DNA from: Ignavibacteriota bacterium
Lineage (GTDB): Bacteria; Bacteroidota; Ignavibacteria; UBA10030
Length of the DNA: 64,000 nt
Reading direction: 5' to 3'
Assembly (NCBI GenBank): GCA_963701295.1
Contig: OY969585.1
Span: forward strand, 1 to 64,000
Shown here: positions 19,117 through 30,292 of the stretch, in pieces
Position numbering within the stretch: position 1 is the stretch's first letter
Layout of the letters: each line of letters opens with the position of its first letter
Notes under the pieces: model-generated
Database searches by the model: none
Seen by the model: only the letters and a program-made list of their open reading frames with translations
What the model was told of the DNA's origin: nothing
Program-made: the position numbers and the translations under genes

Positions 19117-20994
19117 TTATGTCTCGCTCTGATTTCCTGTAGGAAGAGTAAAGAAAAATGTACTTCCAACATCCATGGTGCTTTCAAGCCAAATTCGTCC
19201 TCCATGAGCTTCTACCACTTCGCGCGCAATCGCTAATCCTAAACCAACACTGCCTGGGGTTGTTTCAGTTGGACTTTTTACTTGAACAAACTTATCGAAT
19301 ACAGTTTCTTGATGCTCATGTGGAATTCCATGTCCTGTATCGGAAACCGTTACCAACAGCCCACCTTCCTCTTCCTTCGCTTTTAAATGAACGCTTCCTC
19401 CTGGATCGGTAAATCGAAGTGCATTACTTAAGAGGTTCGTCACTACCCAAATGAGTTGATGGGGATCAGCAAAGAGAGCAGGGAATCGTTCCGGCACATC
19501 AAATTCCAGGTGAATTTGTTTTTCTTCGAATGGAAGGCGCAGCGGTCGTATCGCCTCAGCGACAAGCCTGCGAAAATCGACAAATTCCTTTTTCATCTCG
19601 TACTTCCCTGATTCGAGCTTGGAAAGATCCAGCAGATCTTTTACTAGTTTCCGCAGCCGTTCTGAATCATCTTTCGCAGCAACAAGAAGTTCCCTCTGAC
19701 GCTGATTCACCGCTCCCACAACTCCTTGTGAAAGAATATCAATTCCCATACTTAATGAAGTCAGAGGTGTGCGGAGTTCATGCGAAACCGTTGCAATAAA
19801 TTCTGATTTCATTCGATCAAGGTCTTTAAATCGTGTTACATCCTGCAAGAGGGTCACAACCCCTTGAACATTCCCCTGCTCGTCTACAATTTGCGCTTGG
19901 CGCGGTCTGAAGTACAGGGTCACATTATTGCGGACAAATGCAAAAAGTGGATCGCGGTTTTCCTCCTCATAACGCTGCACACCATTCAATTCTAGCATCT
20001 CAACCCAACTTTGATTGCCAATAACTTCACGCAACGGTTTCGATTGCCAATTCGATCCGAGGACATTGAATACCGTCGCAGCCGCCTGATTCATAAGCAT
20101 GAGACATCCCTGTCGATCCGTCACGATCACCGGATCTGCAATACTTTCAACGATGGTTTCCGATTTTTTCTTCTCAGCGATGAGTTGATGGATATTCATT
20201 TGTTCGTACGCTCTCAGCCGCTCCGTCATCTTGTTAAATTCGCTGCCCAGTTCGCCAATCTCATCATCCGTATTTACATCGATTTTTTGATTCAGTTGCC
20301 CTTCGCTAATCCGGCGGACAGATTGAGTTAACTTTTCTGCAGGCCGTAGAATGGTCTTTGTAAATCGTGCGCTCGTAAAAAAGCTCAAAAATACAGCAAC
20401 GAGAGAAATCGTAATCACCGTCAGCGTTGCATCACTTGCAGTCTGATTCAATCTTTCTTCGGTGTGCGTCATCGCATCCTGATTGATTTCGAGATACTCA
20501 AAACATCTTTCTTTTAACGAGTCGGCGATCGGACGGATTACATTAGATTTAAAATTGGAAGCGACGCTGGTCTGACCTCTTATTTGCAGCAGACGATAGA
20601 GCGAATCGGAAAGTTGATTGTATTTGTGATAATCCTGCGTAATCCGTTCTAAAACAACTTTTTCTCGTGCGCTCCGGCCTCCTCGTCTTGCTTTTTCCAG
20701 CCACCCAAGAAAATTTCCGCGGTTGAAGTTGAATTGGATATAAGCAAGATCAATATCTTGAAGCAACATCGAAAGCTGCGCGTTCTCCTGACGCTCAAGA
20801 GCTTTGAACATATTCTGTGCAGCAGACACACTTTCATAATTGTCACGCAGCACAAGTCCGAAGGTATCACGCAGGCGTGAAAAATTATAGACTGCAAAGG
20901 CGCTGGTAACCAAGCCAATGACAACAATAACGAGATAGTACAGACCAATTTTATAACGGAGACTTGTCACAGAAAAAAGGTATTGTAATTTCAA
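19117..20994 (-). CDS. Sensor histidine kinase (4-helix sensor, HAMP, PAS, HisKA, HATPase)
   Basis: DEIGELGSEFNKM, PAS-like segment, SHELRTPL, NALRF, GLGLAI. Confidence 0.93.
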   Translation of the reverse strand: MKLQYLFSVTSLRYKIGLYYLVIVVIGLVTSAFAVYNFSRLRDTFGLVLRDNYESVSAAQNMFKALERQENAQLSMLLQDIDLAYIQFNFNRGNFLGWLEKARRGGRSAREKVVLERITQDYHKYNQLSDSLYRLLQIRGQTSVASNFKSNVIRPIADSLKERCFEYLEINQDAMTHTEERLNQTASDATLTVITISLVAVFLSFFTSARFTKTILRPAEKLTQSVRRISEGQLNQKIDVNTDDEIGELGSEFNKMTERLRAYEQMNIHQLIAEKKKSETIVESIADPVIVTDRQGCLMLMNQAAATVFNVLGSNWQSKPLREVIGNQSWVEMLELNGVQRYEEENRDPLFAFVRNNVTLYFRPRQAQIVDEQGNVQGVVTLLQDVTRFKDLDRMKSEFIATVSHELRTPLTSLSMGIDILSQGVVGAVNQRQRELLVAAKDDSERLRKLVKDLLDLSKLESGKYEMKKEFVDFRRLVAEAIRPLRLPFEEKQIHLEFDVPERFPALFADPHQLIWVVTNLLSNALRFTDPGGSVHLKAKEEEGGLLVTVSDTGHGIPHEHQETVFDKFVQVKSPTETTPGSVGLGLAIAREVVEAHGGRIWLESTMDVGSTFFFTLPTGNQSET

Positions 20995-21175
20995 AGGAAA
21001 GGCAAGACGACAATTGACGGAATACGGTGTACCATCAGTAGATTATCTAAAATAGGAACTTTGAGAAAAAGACCGGACAGAAGTAGTGAAGTAAATAGGT
21101 TTATCTACACATCCTCATCGGAAAGAGTCCACGCCTGACCATGTGAATTGCTTGTTCATTATGATAGAATCAGCA

Positions 21176-22174
<999 letters not shown>

Positions 22175-22179
22175 TTAGC

Positions 22180-23454
22180 TTACTTACCGGCAGCGGATGA
22201 ATGAAAGTGTGCAAATAACTTGTCTGTAAAGAGCACCGCCTCAGCACTAAATGGATCGACTTCATTCGCAAGATAGAGTGTATCGAGATATTGAGCGACT
22301 TCTTCCCACGTGCCAAAGAGGCTGATTTCTGTAATTGCCCCATGGAACGCAGGCTCATCATGGGTAAAGAGGCTCTTCACTAATAAACTTTGTTCTTCGT
22401 CAGAAAAAATGTCAAAAATTTCTTTTTTCTTTATACTTGGCATTGATGCAAGAAATTTTTCGTCATCCTCGCCAAAAATGATGGACGGTGTCTTCAATGC
22501 TCCAGAGTTTTCTATTGCTTGTTCAACCGTACCAGTCTCTCGTTCCTGCGAAATCTCATCGTCAATAAAATCGGAAGTGTACTGATCGGTCGCCTCATTA
22601 TTCACCTGCTGAATATCATCCGGAGTGCCAACGGGTAAATCAATCGGATGTGCAGTTGCATTTTCATTTCCCACTCGCACGATTTCTATAATGTCTGCCA
22701 AGCGATCCGCAGTAATTTGGATAGCACGATGGTGATCGCGTTCGAATTCAAGCCGCATACGAATGTTGGTAAGGTGCTTATCATCGAAGAAAACAATTGC
22801 CGCGTTGATTGGCAGTGTTTGTTGTTCAAATTCTACTTGCGGCACCATTTTTCCCGACTCGACAAAATCGAATAATGCGCGCGTCATATGGGCAAGTTCA
22901 AAGCTGGAATGCTGCGCTACTACTTCATGGTCGATCTTTTCGATGAGCGATTTGAACTCTTCATAGGTCACTTCTGCCAACCCATGGTCGACGAGAAACC
23001 GCTTGATCAACTCAGGGAAGTAGGTATAATCAATGCAATACTTCAGCCGCTTCTCAATAGTCGAAGAGGCAACTCGACGCTGGTCACCGACGATAAAATT
23101 CAAGAGTGTCCACTGTGGACGGCAGAGATAGTTGAATTGGAAGTGCACTGACTCATCGAGAACCGATTCGAATTCTTGCAGACTGAAATGGTAATTTTGA
23201 ACAAGCAATAAATCGATTTGCTCTTCAAGGCTTTTTACTTCAGCCAACGAGTACGAAAATTTTTTAGAACGATATTCCAATCCCCGTTCCTGTGAAAGTG
23301 TTTTTTCCACCTCCGCCTTGAAGTACGCTTTGATCGCAGGATGAATATTTGCCGAGAGGATTTTTTTTAGGAACACATCATCCTCCTCGCCTATCGTTTT
23401 GACACGAACTGCATGAATGATGGATTCTATTTCTGCTTCGAAAATATAGCCCAT
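22180..23454 (-). CDS. Hypothetical protein (acidic, helical)
   Basis: 424-aa ORF in the same orientation as obgE with a 14-bp gap; no motif recognised. Confidence 0.75.
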   Translation of the reverse strand: MGYIFEAEIESIIHAVRVKTIGEEDDVFLKKILSANIHPAIKAYFKAEVEKTLSQERGLEYRSKKFSYSLAEVKSLEEQIDLLLVQNYHFSLQEFESVLDESVHFQFNYLCRPQWTLLNFIVGDQRRVASSTIEKRLKYCIDYTYFPELIKRFLVDHGLAEVTYEEFKSLIEKIDHEVVAQHSSFELAHMTRALFDFVESGKMVPQVEFEQQTLPINAAIVFFDDKHLTNIRMRLEFERDHHRAIQITADRLADIIEIVRVGNENATAHPIDLPVGTPDDIQQVNNEATDQYTSDFIDDEISQERETGTVEQAIENSGALKTPSIIFGEDDEKFLASMPSIKKKEIFDIFSDEEQSLLVKSLFTHDEPAFHGAITEISLFGTWEEVAQYLDTLYLANEVDPFSAEAVLFTDKLFAHFHSSAAGK

Positions 23455-23460
23455 TTTACA

Positions 23461-23500
23461 ATTGAGACATTAAGTCATTGCGTGATTGAGGGATTATTTA
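23461..23500. repeat. Degenerate 8-bp tandem repeat
   Basis: attgagac attaagtc attgcgtg attgaggg attattta; a similar octamer run lies at about 27272-27310. Confidence 0.5.
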
Positions 23501-23581
23501 GAAAATACATTTTTCCTCTACCTCCTGCCGTGTGCTGTTTGATTGGAAGTCGAAAAAATTGCGAGCAGTTCATCAATTTCT

Positions 23582-26500
23582 TCATTCTTTTTTTCCAAGA
23601 ACTGTCTTTACACGATCAATTTCTTTCTGTGCCGCTGTCTTAAACTGCGCATCGGTGTCTTTTCGGCTTATGATTTGCTTGTACATTGTCATTGCCTGAT
23701 CATATTTTGACATCTTCTCATACGACTGTCCAGCCATATAGTATGCCGTTGAAATCCAATCCATCTTGCCTCGTTTCGTAACAAGATATGGAACTTTCAA
23801 GAATTCGAGAATCGCTTGTTGAAATTCCCCTTTATAAAAGTATGCCTCGCCAATATAGTACCGGAGTTCTGCTTCAAGATCGATATTTCCTGCTTCTATT
23901 AAATCCTGCAAATGGAGAATCGACTGATCGTAGTATCCTAACTTCTGATATAACACACCAATATCAATTTTTTTATCGATGAGATCAGGATCGTTCGGGT
24001 AACGATCGATATACTTGCGTGTCAACTCCAGCGCACCATCATACAATTCCATTTCCTTATATACCATAATCAAATTGCTCATCGCTAATGGGACAAGATT
24101 GGGAGACCGCTGTTCATTATCGAGAATGATACGATATTGTTTTGAAGCGGCATCCCATTGCTCAAGACTGTAATATGCATTCCCCAAGCTCAAGTGTACG
24201 CGCGGCAAAATCGGATCATTAGGGTAATATCTCAGCAGAGAATCATACATACGCACAGCAAGCGGCAGTTTTTCATCCAGCTCATACACGCGAGCCGTCC
24301 AAAACATCGTTTCAGGAATAATAGGTGCTTTTGGATATGAATGGACAACCTGAGCAAACCGTTCTCGTGCTTTTACAATATCTTCTTTTCGCAGCTGGTA
24401 TTTGCCGCGCTCGAATTCAAACTCTGCCTCAAAATTGTACGTATGGGAATGTTCTTTTATAAATTCCGCCGCCCGTCTATCTGCTTCTTTCACATTATCG
24501 AGCCGGAAGTACGATACGACGATACGCGATTGTATGTATTGCTTTGCAGTATCATTCTTTGCCTGTGAGAGTGCTTCGTTATATCTTTTGACTGCATCGG
24601 CATATTGTTCATTCTGGAACAGCATCTCCGCTGTCTCCAATGCCACGGATAAAGATTGCCCGCCTGATTTCGCTGCAATGCGGCTCACTTCCTGCAGATA
24701 CTTCGCCGCGAGTTCAATAAAGTTTTCCATCTTTGCAATAGAGGCGAGCGCGTAATATGCTTGTCCGGCCCTTGCCGTTGTTTGATCTCTTGTCACGTAT
24801 TCTGCATACCATTTCTTTGCCGCAGAATAATCCATGAGTTTTTCGCTGCATATACCTAATTTAAAAATAATTGAACCTTCAATCTCCGGATCCAGAGCGA
24901 CGAAAAAGAAATCTGTTCGCAATCTTTCCAGACTACGCGTATACCATTCATGTGCATTCTTAAAATCATTGGCAAAGAAATATGCGTCAGCTTTGTACAG
25001 ATCGAGACGTGATCGCATTGGATTATAGAAATACCGGGTCTCGAGAAGGTCAAAATAGCCGAACGCTTTTATTACTCGGCCGCTGTCTGCCGCAGACTCC
25101 GCGAGATATGCAGCGGCGGCGGCGCTTTTTACATGATTCGGATTTTGAGCAAGGAATTTGTCAAGCACTTGAATTGCCGAATCTTTCTCCATCATTCCAT
25201 CGAGTGCAATTCCAAGCTGGTACTGTGCAGAGTGAGCTGTCTCGCGATCCGAATACTTTTCTAAGAGAAGCTTATAGGTAAGAACCGCGCTTTCATAATT
25301 TTTCACTGTCAAATAAGAATCTCCCAGCAAGAGAAGCGCTACATCTCTCCCGCGCGCGCCGGAAGATTTCGATAAGAATTCCGTGCCAAGTGTCCGTACT
25401 TCTTCCAACTTCTCTGCCAATTGCAGGCGGAGGGTGAATGCTGCGACAACCGCTTGATCGGTAAGCTCGCCCGCGGGATATAGCGCTGCAAGAGAATCGT
25501 AGAGAGCAATCGCCTTAGAAAGAAATTCTTTTTTCTTTGCAGTTTTTTCTCCTTCTTTCAGCGCAAGCAGTTCAAACGACTGCGCTTGTTTGAACCACGC
25601 CATCGGACGCAGGGTTTCTTCCAGATCGACCGTGAGTGCATATGCAAACTGATCGGCAGCAAGTCGGTAATCTTTTATATCGGAGAAATAAATTTCGGCA
25701 AGACGATAGGCAAGATTACCTTTTGATTTCTGCGCGATGACATCTCCGACCAGAAGAGCAAGTTTCTGCATGCTCGCATCTTTGCTGCGCAGGTCAAAAG
25801 CCTTGATGAGACGAATTTGTTTTTGTGCTTCAGGAACAAACTCACTGCTCGGATAGCGGCGCTGGAGATTTTCGAATGCCGCAATCGCTTCATCCATATT
25901 GCCGGCTTTTTTCCACGCTTCACCCAACTTCATTGCCGCATCGTCGACCAATTCACTCGATGGAAAATGTTCGAGAAGCCATTCGCAAAAATCAATCGCG
26001 GTCTTCGTATCACCAACTTCATCGTTAGCAACTGTGGCTCCTTCTAATAAAAGTCTAGGCAGGTTGGCATCTGATGGATACTGTTGACGGAATAGACTCG
26101 TTAATCGTACCGCTTCCGTAAAATTCTTTGCTGTTATAGCACCCTTCATCGCACCAACAATAATTGCCCTGCGATCCGCATTGCCAACGCTGTCGGTTAG
26201 AGCGCGAGAATACAACTGCGCCGCTTTTACAGGATCGCCTGTCCGCTCGGCAGCGACGCCGGCTTTATAGAATGCTTCCCCATTACGGAGTCCGTGAATT
26301 TTTCCGGCTTTCTCGAACAACTCAAGTGCCCGTGCATTTAACTGCATACGGTTGTTTGCTTCTGCCATTTCCATATATGCATCCTGCCGAAGCTGCTTGG
26401 GGGCTTTTAAACTATCATCAGCTGCCGATTTCCAGGCTGACAATGCTTCCTCTGTTTTACCGGCTGAATTTTTCAGAACACCTAGTGTAAAGAGTGCATC

Positions 26501-27232
26501 ATAGTAGCTCGATGTCGATTTAAAATTCGCTGTAACTTCGGATACTGCTGTTTCTGCTTCAGAAATTTTTCCAAGGCCGATGAGCGATTGTCCATACAAC
26601 ACGAGTGCGCGCGCTTTCAACTGCGACTCTTTGGTCGCATCGATCACACGCTTGCTCTCTTGACGAGCCTGTTCAAATTGTCCTGCGGATATCAATATCT
26701 CGGCAAGTTTATTTCTTGCCGGCAGTACTTCATCGGTCGTGTATTCCTGCGTGAGGGTCCGTAAAACACGGAGCGTGTTGTCTGTATCCTTAAGCCGGCC
26801 GTAGTACTCGGCAGCTTTGAGAAGTGCAACCGGGGCAAATTTACTGCTCGGGTGAAACGTCTTTACACGTTCAAACGCCATTGCAGCTTCACGCTCGTTC
26901 TTCATTGCGGCATATTCTTCCGCAACATTCATCCACGCTTCCGGCGCTTTCATATTATCGGTATACGCCAGAGCGAAATTCTGGAATGTATAGCGGGCAT
27001 CGTCGTGCTTGCCGAGTTTGGATTGTGTTAAGCCGAGATAGAAACGCGCTTCAATTCCCTGCGCACTGCTCGGGTAGAGATTGATGAACGTGCGGAACTG
27101 TTCCAGCGCAAGATCGTACATTTTGTCGTTATAGAGATTGACGGCAAGCTTAAAATCGGCGTTCTCTTTAGCATCCTGCGCAAAGGCGATGCATGAGAAC
27201 AAAAGAAAAATGGAGAGAAGTCTGACTTTCAT
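23582..27232 (-). CDS. Large exported TPR protein (BamD/CpoB-like repeats)
   Basis: Signal peptide ending AFA-Q; repeated F...YPSS...EA.F.LG units over 1216 aa. Confidence 0.88.
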   Translation of the reverse strand: MKVRLLSIFLLFSCIAFAQDAKENADFKLAVNLYNDKMYDLALEQFRTFINLYPSSAQGIEARFYLGLTQSKLGKHDDARYTFQNFALAYTDNMKAPEAWMNVAEEYAAMKNEREAAMAFERVKTFHPSSKFAPVALLKAAEYYGRLKDTDNTLRVLRTLTQEYTTDEVLPARNKLAEILISAGQFEQARQESKRVIDATKESQLKARALVLYGQSLIGLGKISEAETAVSEVTANFKSTSSYYDALFTLGVLKNSAGKTEEALSAWKSAADDSLKAPKQLRQDAYMEMAEANNRMQLNARALELFEKAGKIHGLRNGEAFYKAGVAAERTGDPVKAAQLYSRALTDSVGNADRRAIIVGAMKGAITAKNFTEAVRLTSLFRQQYPSDANLPRLLLEGATVANDEVGDTKTAIDFCEWLLEHFPSSELVDDAAMKLGEAWKKAGNMDEAIAAFENLQRRYPSSEFVPEAQKQIRLIKAFDLRSKDASMQKLALLVGDVIAQKSKGNLAYRLAEIYFSDIKDYRLAADQFAYALTVDLEETLRPMAWFKQAQSFELLALKEGEKTAKKKEFLSKAIALYDSLAALYPAGELTDQAVVAAFTLRLQLAEKLEEVRTLGTEFLSKSSGARGRDVALLLLGDSYLTVKNYESAVLTYKLLLEKYSDRETAHSAQYQLGIALDGMMEKDSAIQVLDKFLAQNPNHVKSAAAAAYLAESAADSGRVIKAFGYFDLLETRYFYNPMRSRLDLYKADAYFFANDFKNAHEWYTRSLERLRTDFFFVALDPEIEGSIIFKLGICSEKLMDYSAAKKWYAEYVTRDQTTARAGQAYYALASIAKMENFIELAAKYLQEVSRIAAKSGGQSLSVALETAEMLFQNEQYADAVKRYNEALSQAKNDTAKQYIQSRIVVSYFRLDNVKEADRRAAEFIKEHSHTYNFEAEFEFERGKYQLRKEDIVKARERFAQVVHSYPKAPIIPETMFWTARVYELDEKLPLAVRMYDSLLRYYPNDPILPRVHLSLGNAYYSLEQWDAASKQYRIILDNEQRSPNLVPLAMSNLIMVYKEMELYDGALELTRKYIDRYPNDPDLIDKKIDIGVLYQKLGYYDQSILHLQDLIEAGNIDLEAELRYYIGEAYFYKGEFQQAILEFLKVPYLVTKRGKMDWISTAYYMAGQSYEKMSKYDQAMTMYKQIISRKDTDAQFKTAAQKEIDRVKTVLGKKE

Positions 27233-28029
27233 TTGTGCAAAATGTAGCCAAATATGAGAGGATTAGCAAGAATTGAGAAGTAAGAGATTATAAGATTGAG
27301 AGATAAGAAAAGAAAAATTGGGAGAAACCGCCCATTGAAGAAAAAAAGGCTCGACGAGGCACATGTTTTGACATCTCGTTGAATGACGGAAAGTCCCGCT
27401 GTACAGTTTCACTTACGAGCGGAATCCAAAATGCGGAAATGCAGAGTAATGATTTTTTTTGAACGGCAAAAACAACGGCGAAGAGAAAAAGAAGGATTGA
27501 TTACGACCCCTTCAGCCCCCAGAGGTCGCGTTGCGCGTTTTTTGCGTCCGCCATATTTTGGACGGATTAGGGGGCGCGCGTTCGCATATAAAAATGGTCA
27601 CACGCTTTGCGTGTGTTTGTAATGGGCCTCCGGCTGCCCTGATAGAAAAGATTCCATGCGGAATCAACATTATTCCAGCATAATTATAGCCGCCTGCCCG
27701 CCGGATCAGGCTGGGAATCTAGGAATAGGTAACCCAAAACTAATATATGAAACTGTGTTTATCGTCGCTTTCTTTGATTGCACAAAGCGACACATCTTCT
27801 TGACAATGCACTCAAGAAAAACCATATTGTTCCTGTTCCCAAGTTACCAAAGTGCTTGACAATTATTACGAATGTAAATTTATGACGTATACTGAAAAAA
27901 CAACATTTGAGATGAAGAGAAATATCAGTCGACTTTTCATGCGCATTAGTCACAAAGGGTCTACTCAGTCAACCTAATCACATATTAGAACACACGAATT
28001 ACATAACTATTCTTTCAAGGAAAAAAGCA

Positions 28030-28812
28030 GTGAAACGATTCTTTCTACTTCTTATTTCGGTTGCAATCTCATATTCAGTCTTTGGTCAAGCCAAGATGGT
28101 TATCAATAAGACATCCGGTACTGATTCACCTCCAACCGTTATTGCATCGGAAGAGTGGAATACCATCACAGATAACGACACGGCTAATCACGGTCACCTA
28201 ACATTTGAAAAATATTCAGATGGAAGTATTACAGTGAATGGTTATTGGTATTGAGGATCGATAGATGGGGTAATTTCAAGCGGAACTGGGACCATAGTCG
28301 ATACAGCTTTCTCAATTACTGAGCAAGGCACAGCAACAGACGCAACTGCACGCGTTGGCTATCAAAGCTCTACTTTCACAAACAATATAAGCGGTGGTGC
28401 TCACAATGGAAAATCGTCTGGCACGTACACAATCTCTTTTGCAACATCAGGATGGCCATCGAACAAACAGGGTATTTTTACTGCAACAAGGATAAGCGGA
28501 AGCGGGATTACAGTTTCTGTAAAAGAAATAACAAGCAAAACAGTTCCGGAAGCATTTACCTTATTCCAGAATTATCCCAATCCATTTAATCCAACGACAA
28601 CAATCTCCTTCACTCTTCCATCACGATCATTTGTATCGCTGAAAATATTTGATCTCTTAGGAAGAGAAATAGCGACCATTGTTACCGAAGAAATGTCGGC
28701 GGGAAGTTATTCTAAACAATGGAATGCATCAGCATTGTCAAATGGAGTATATTTCTATCGTTTACAAGCAGGCTCATACACAGAAACAAAGAAACTTGTT
28801 TTACTGAAATGA
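28030..28812 (+). pseudogene. Secreted protein with T9SS (Por secretion) C-terminal domain, interrupted by an in-frame TGA at 28252-28254
   Basis: Frame continues past TGA: GSIDGVISSG...FTLFQNYPNPFNPTTTISFTLP..VSLKIFDLLGREIATIV...GVYFYRLQAGSYTETKKLVLLK*. Confidence 0.85.
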
Positions 28813-28842
28813 ACTGCAATTGCATCCAGCCCGGCGTTCAAG

Positions 28843-28868
28843 CTCGGCTTACCGAGAAGAATGCATCA
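28843..28868 (+). repeat. Cassette-junction repeat copy 1
   Basis: CTCGGCTTACCGAGAAGAATGCATCA, preceded by attC-like left arm CCAGCCCGGCGTTCAAG. Confidence 0.8.
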
Positions 28869-28904
28869 CGCGGAGCAAACGGCCACCATAAACATATCGA
28901 TACT

Positions 28905-29208
28905 ATAAAATTTAGTGAACGTAAAGGTTTTGTAGCTGTTCAAAAGGTTCTCCAAAAAGATCAGATGAATGATGATTTGCGGAATTCACTCTGGAATATT
29001 CTTGATTTCATGATTTCGAAATCTGAAAATTTTCTATAGGATCAATATGATAGTCCATATATATATTTTTAGTCGTGCAACGTGGTTCGCTTATTTCAAA
29101 TTACCCATAGATAAAATACCAAATCGTTCTGCTGGTATATTAGCAAAGATTCGGGACCATTTCTTTAAATGCCAATGGCATGAAGCCTATGATATTCTCG
29201 CTGCCTAA
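28905..29208 (+). pseudogene. Broken AbiJ N-terminal-domain-like (AbiJ_NTD4) gene
   Basis: (ATA)KFSERKGFVAVQKVLQKDQMNDDLRNSLWNIL..FL* then frameshift to FSRATWFAYFKLPIDKIP...IRDHFFKCQWHEAYDIL. Confidence 0.7.
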
Positions 29209-29271
29209 CTTGGCACATCAAGCTCGGCTTGTCCGGAAGAATTCATCATGCGAATCGGTCATCCGTGAGGC
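29203..29271 (+). mobile_element. Degenerate attC site containing junction repeat copy 2
   Basis: R'' GCCTAAC (29203-29209), L''-like TCAAGCT, core CTCGGCTTGTCCGGAAGAATTCATCA, end ATCC-GTGAGGC (R' with one mismatch to GTTAGGC). Confidence 0.65.
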
Positions 29272-29299
29272 TACCAAATAAACAAAGGAGACTATCCTC

Positions 29300-29665
29300 A
29301 TGAACAAGAATTTAAAACAAATCCTCTTTTGGTCTCCACGAACTTTATGCATTCTGTTCGCGCTCTTTATCAGCATTTTTGCTCTTGATGTATTTCGTGA
29401 GGGGTATGACTTTTGGAAAACTCTTCTCGCACTAGCGATACACCTTATTCCAACAGTCATTGTTGTGCTCTTCTTAATTATCGCATGGCGATGGGAATGG
29501 ATTGGAGGAATTATATTCATTATCCTTGCCGTATTCTATATAATTTTGGCTTGGGGGAGATTCCCTTTCTCTGTCTATTTAACAATATCTGGGCCAATGA
29601 TAATCATAAGCATCCTATTTTTTCTCAATTGGAAGTATCGAACTGAAAAAAAAACAAGTAAATAG
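29300..29665 (+). CDS. Small four-TM membrane protein (cassette-type gene)
   Basis: 121 aa, AAGGAG RBS, W.PR.L.IL..LF.S.FALDVF..G..FW....AL.IHL.P pattern. Confidence 0.85.
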   Translation: MNKNLKQILFWSPRTLCILFALFISIFALDVFREGYDFWKTLLALAIHLIPTVIVVLFLIIAWRWEWIGGIIFIILAVFYIILAWGRFPFSVYLTISGPMIIISILFFLNWKYRTEKKTSK

Positions 29666-29676
29666 CGGCAGCACGA

Positions 29677-29710
29677 GTCGCTCACTCGGCTTGTCCGGAA
29701 GAATGCATCA
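29677..29710 (+). repeat. Cassette-junction repeat copy 3
   Basis: GTCGCTCACTCGGCTTGTCCGGAAGAATGCATCA, 11 bp after the stop codon. Confidence 0.85.
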
Positions 29711-29830
29711 CATGGAAGCCGCATGTAATTGACACTTATAAGAGTGTGTACCAATCCCAACAAAATCGGGACGTAGGCATTTTTTATGATTATTGCACTT
29801 AGATTGTTACATTAAACAACAGAGTTCTCC

Positions 29831-30256
29831 ATGATTACACAACTTGCTCATCTCAATTTATTCACCGATAGACACGAAGAAATGCTAAAATTCTATACGG
29901 ATGCGTTAGGCTTGAAGATACAATTCACACTGGATAACGATAAAGGCGTCCCTTTTGGGTGGTATCTTGCATGTGGTAGAATGACATTTATTGAGATCTT
30001 TGATCAAGCAGGGGCCGTTCGTCGATGGGGCGGAAAGGTTACAGAATTACAACACGGAAGTAAATATCGCCATCTCTGTTTTGAAGTAAAAGAATTAGAG
30101 GCCTACCGAGAAATGCTTATCGGAAAAGGAATATCTATTTCGGCGATTACTGTTGGATTGGATCATTCCAAACAAGCATGGATAAAAGACCCAGATGGCA
30201 ATGACATTGAATTAATGGAATATACACCCACAAGTTTTCAGATGAGTAGAAAATAA
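29831..30256 (+). CDS. VOC/glyoxalase family protein
   Basis: LAHLNL..D...MLKFY.DALGL, FIEIF, YRHLCFEV, WIKDPDGNDIELMEY. Confidence 0.92.
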   Translation: MITQLAHLNLFTDRHEEMLKFYTDALGLKIQFTLDNDKGVPFGWYLACGRMTFIEIFDQAGAVRRWGGKVTELQHGSKYRHLCFEVKELEAYREMLIGKGISISAITVGLDHSKQAWIKDPDGNDIELMEYTPTSFQMSRK

Positions 30257-30280
30257 CAGCTTAACCGCCGTCCGTTAGGC
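30251..30280 (+). mobile_element. Collapsed attC-like site
   Basis: AAATAAC overlapping the stop, then AGCTTAACCGCCGTCC-GTTAGGC (canonical GTTRRRY) 12 bp before the next ATG. Confidence 0.65.
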
Positions 30281-30292
30281 CAGTGACCATTT

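Noticed and set aside
28719-29039. 106-aa ORF in the track
   Set aside because: Chimeric: starts out of frame in the T9SS CTD, crosses the repeat and ends in the AbiJ-like remnant
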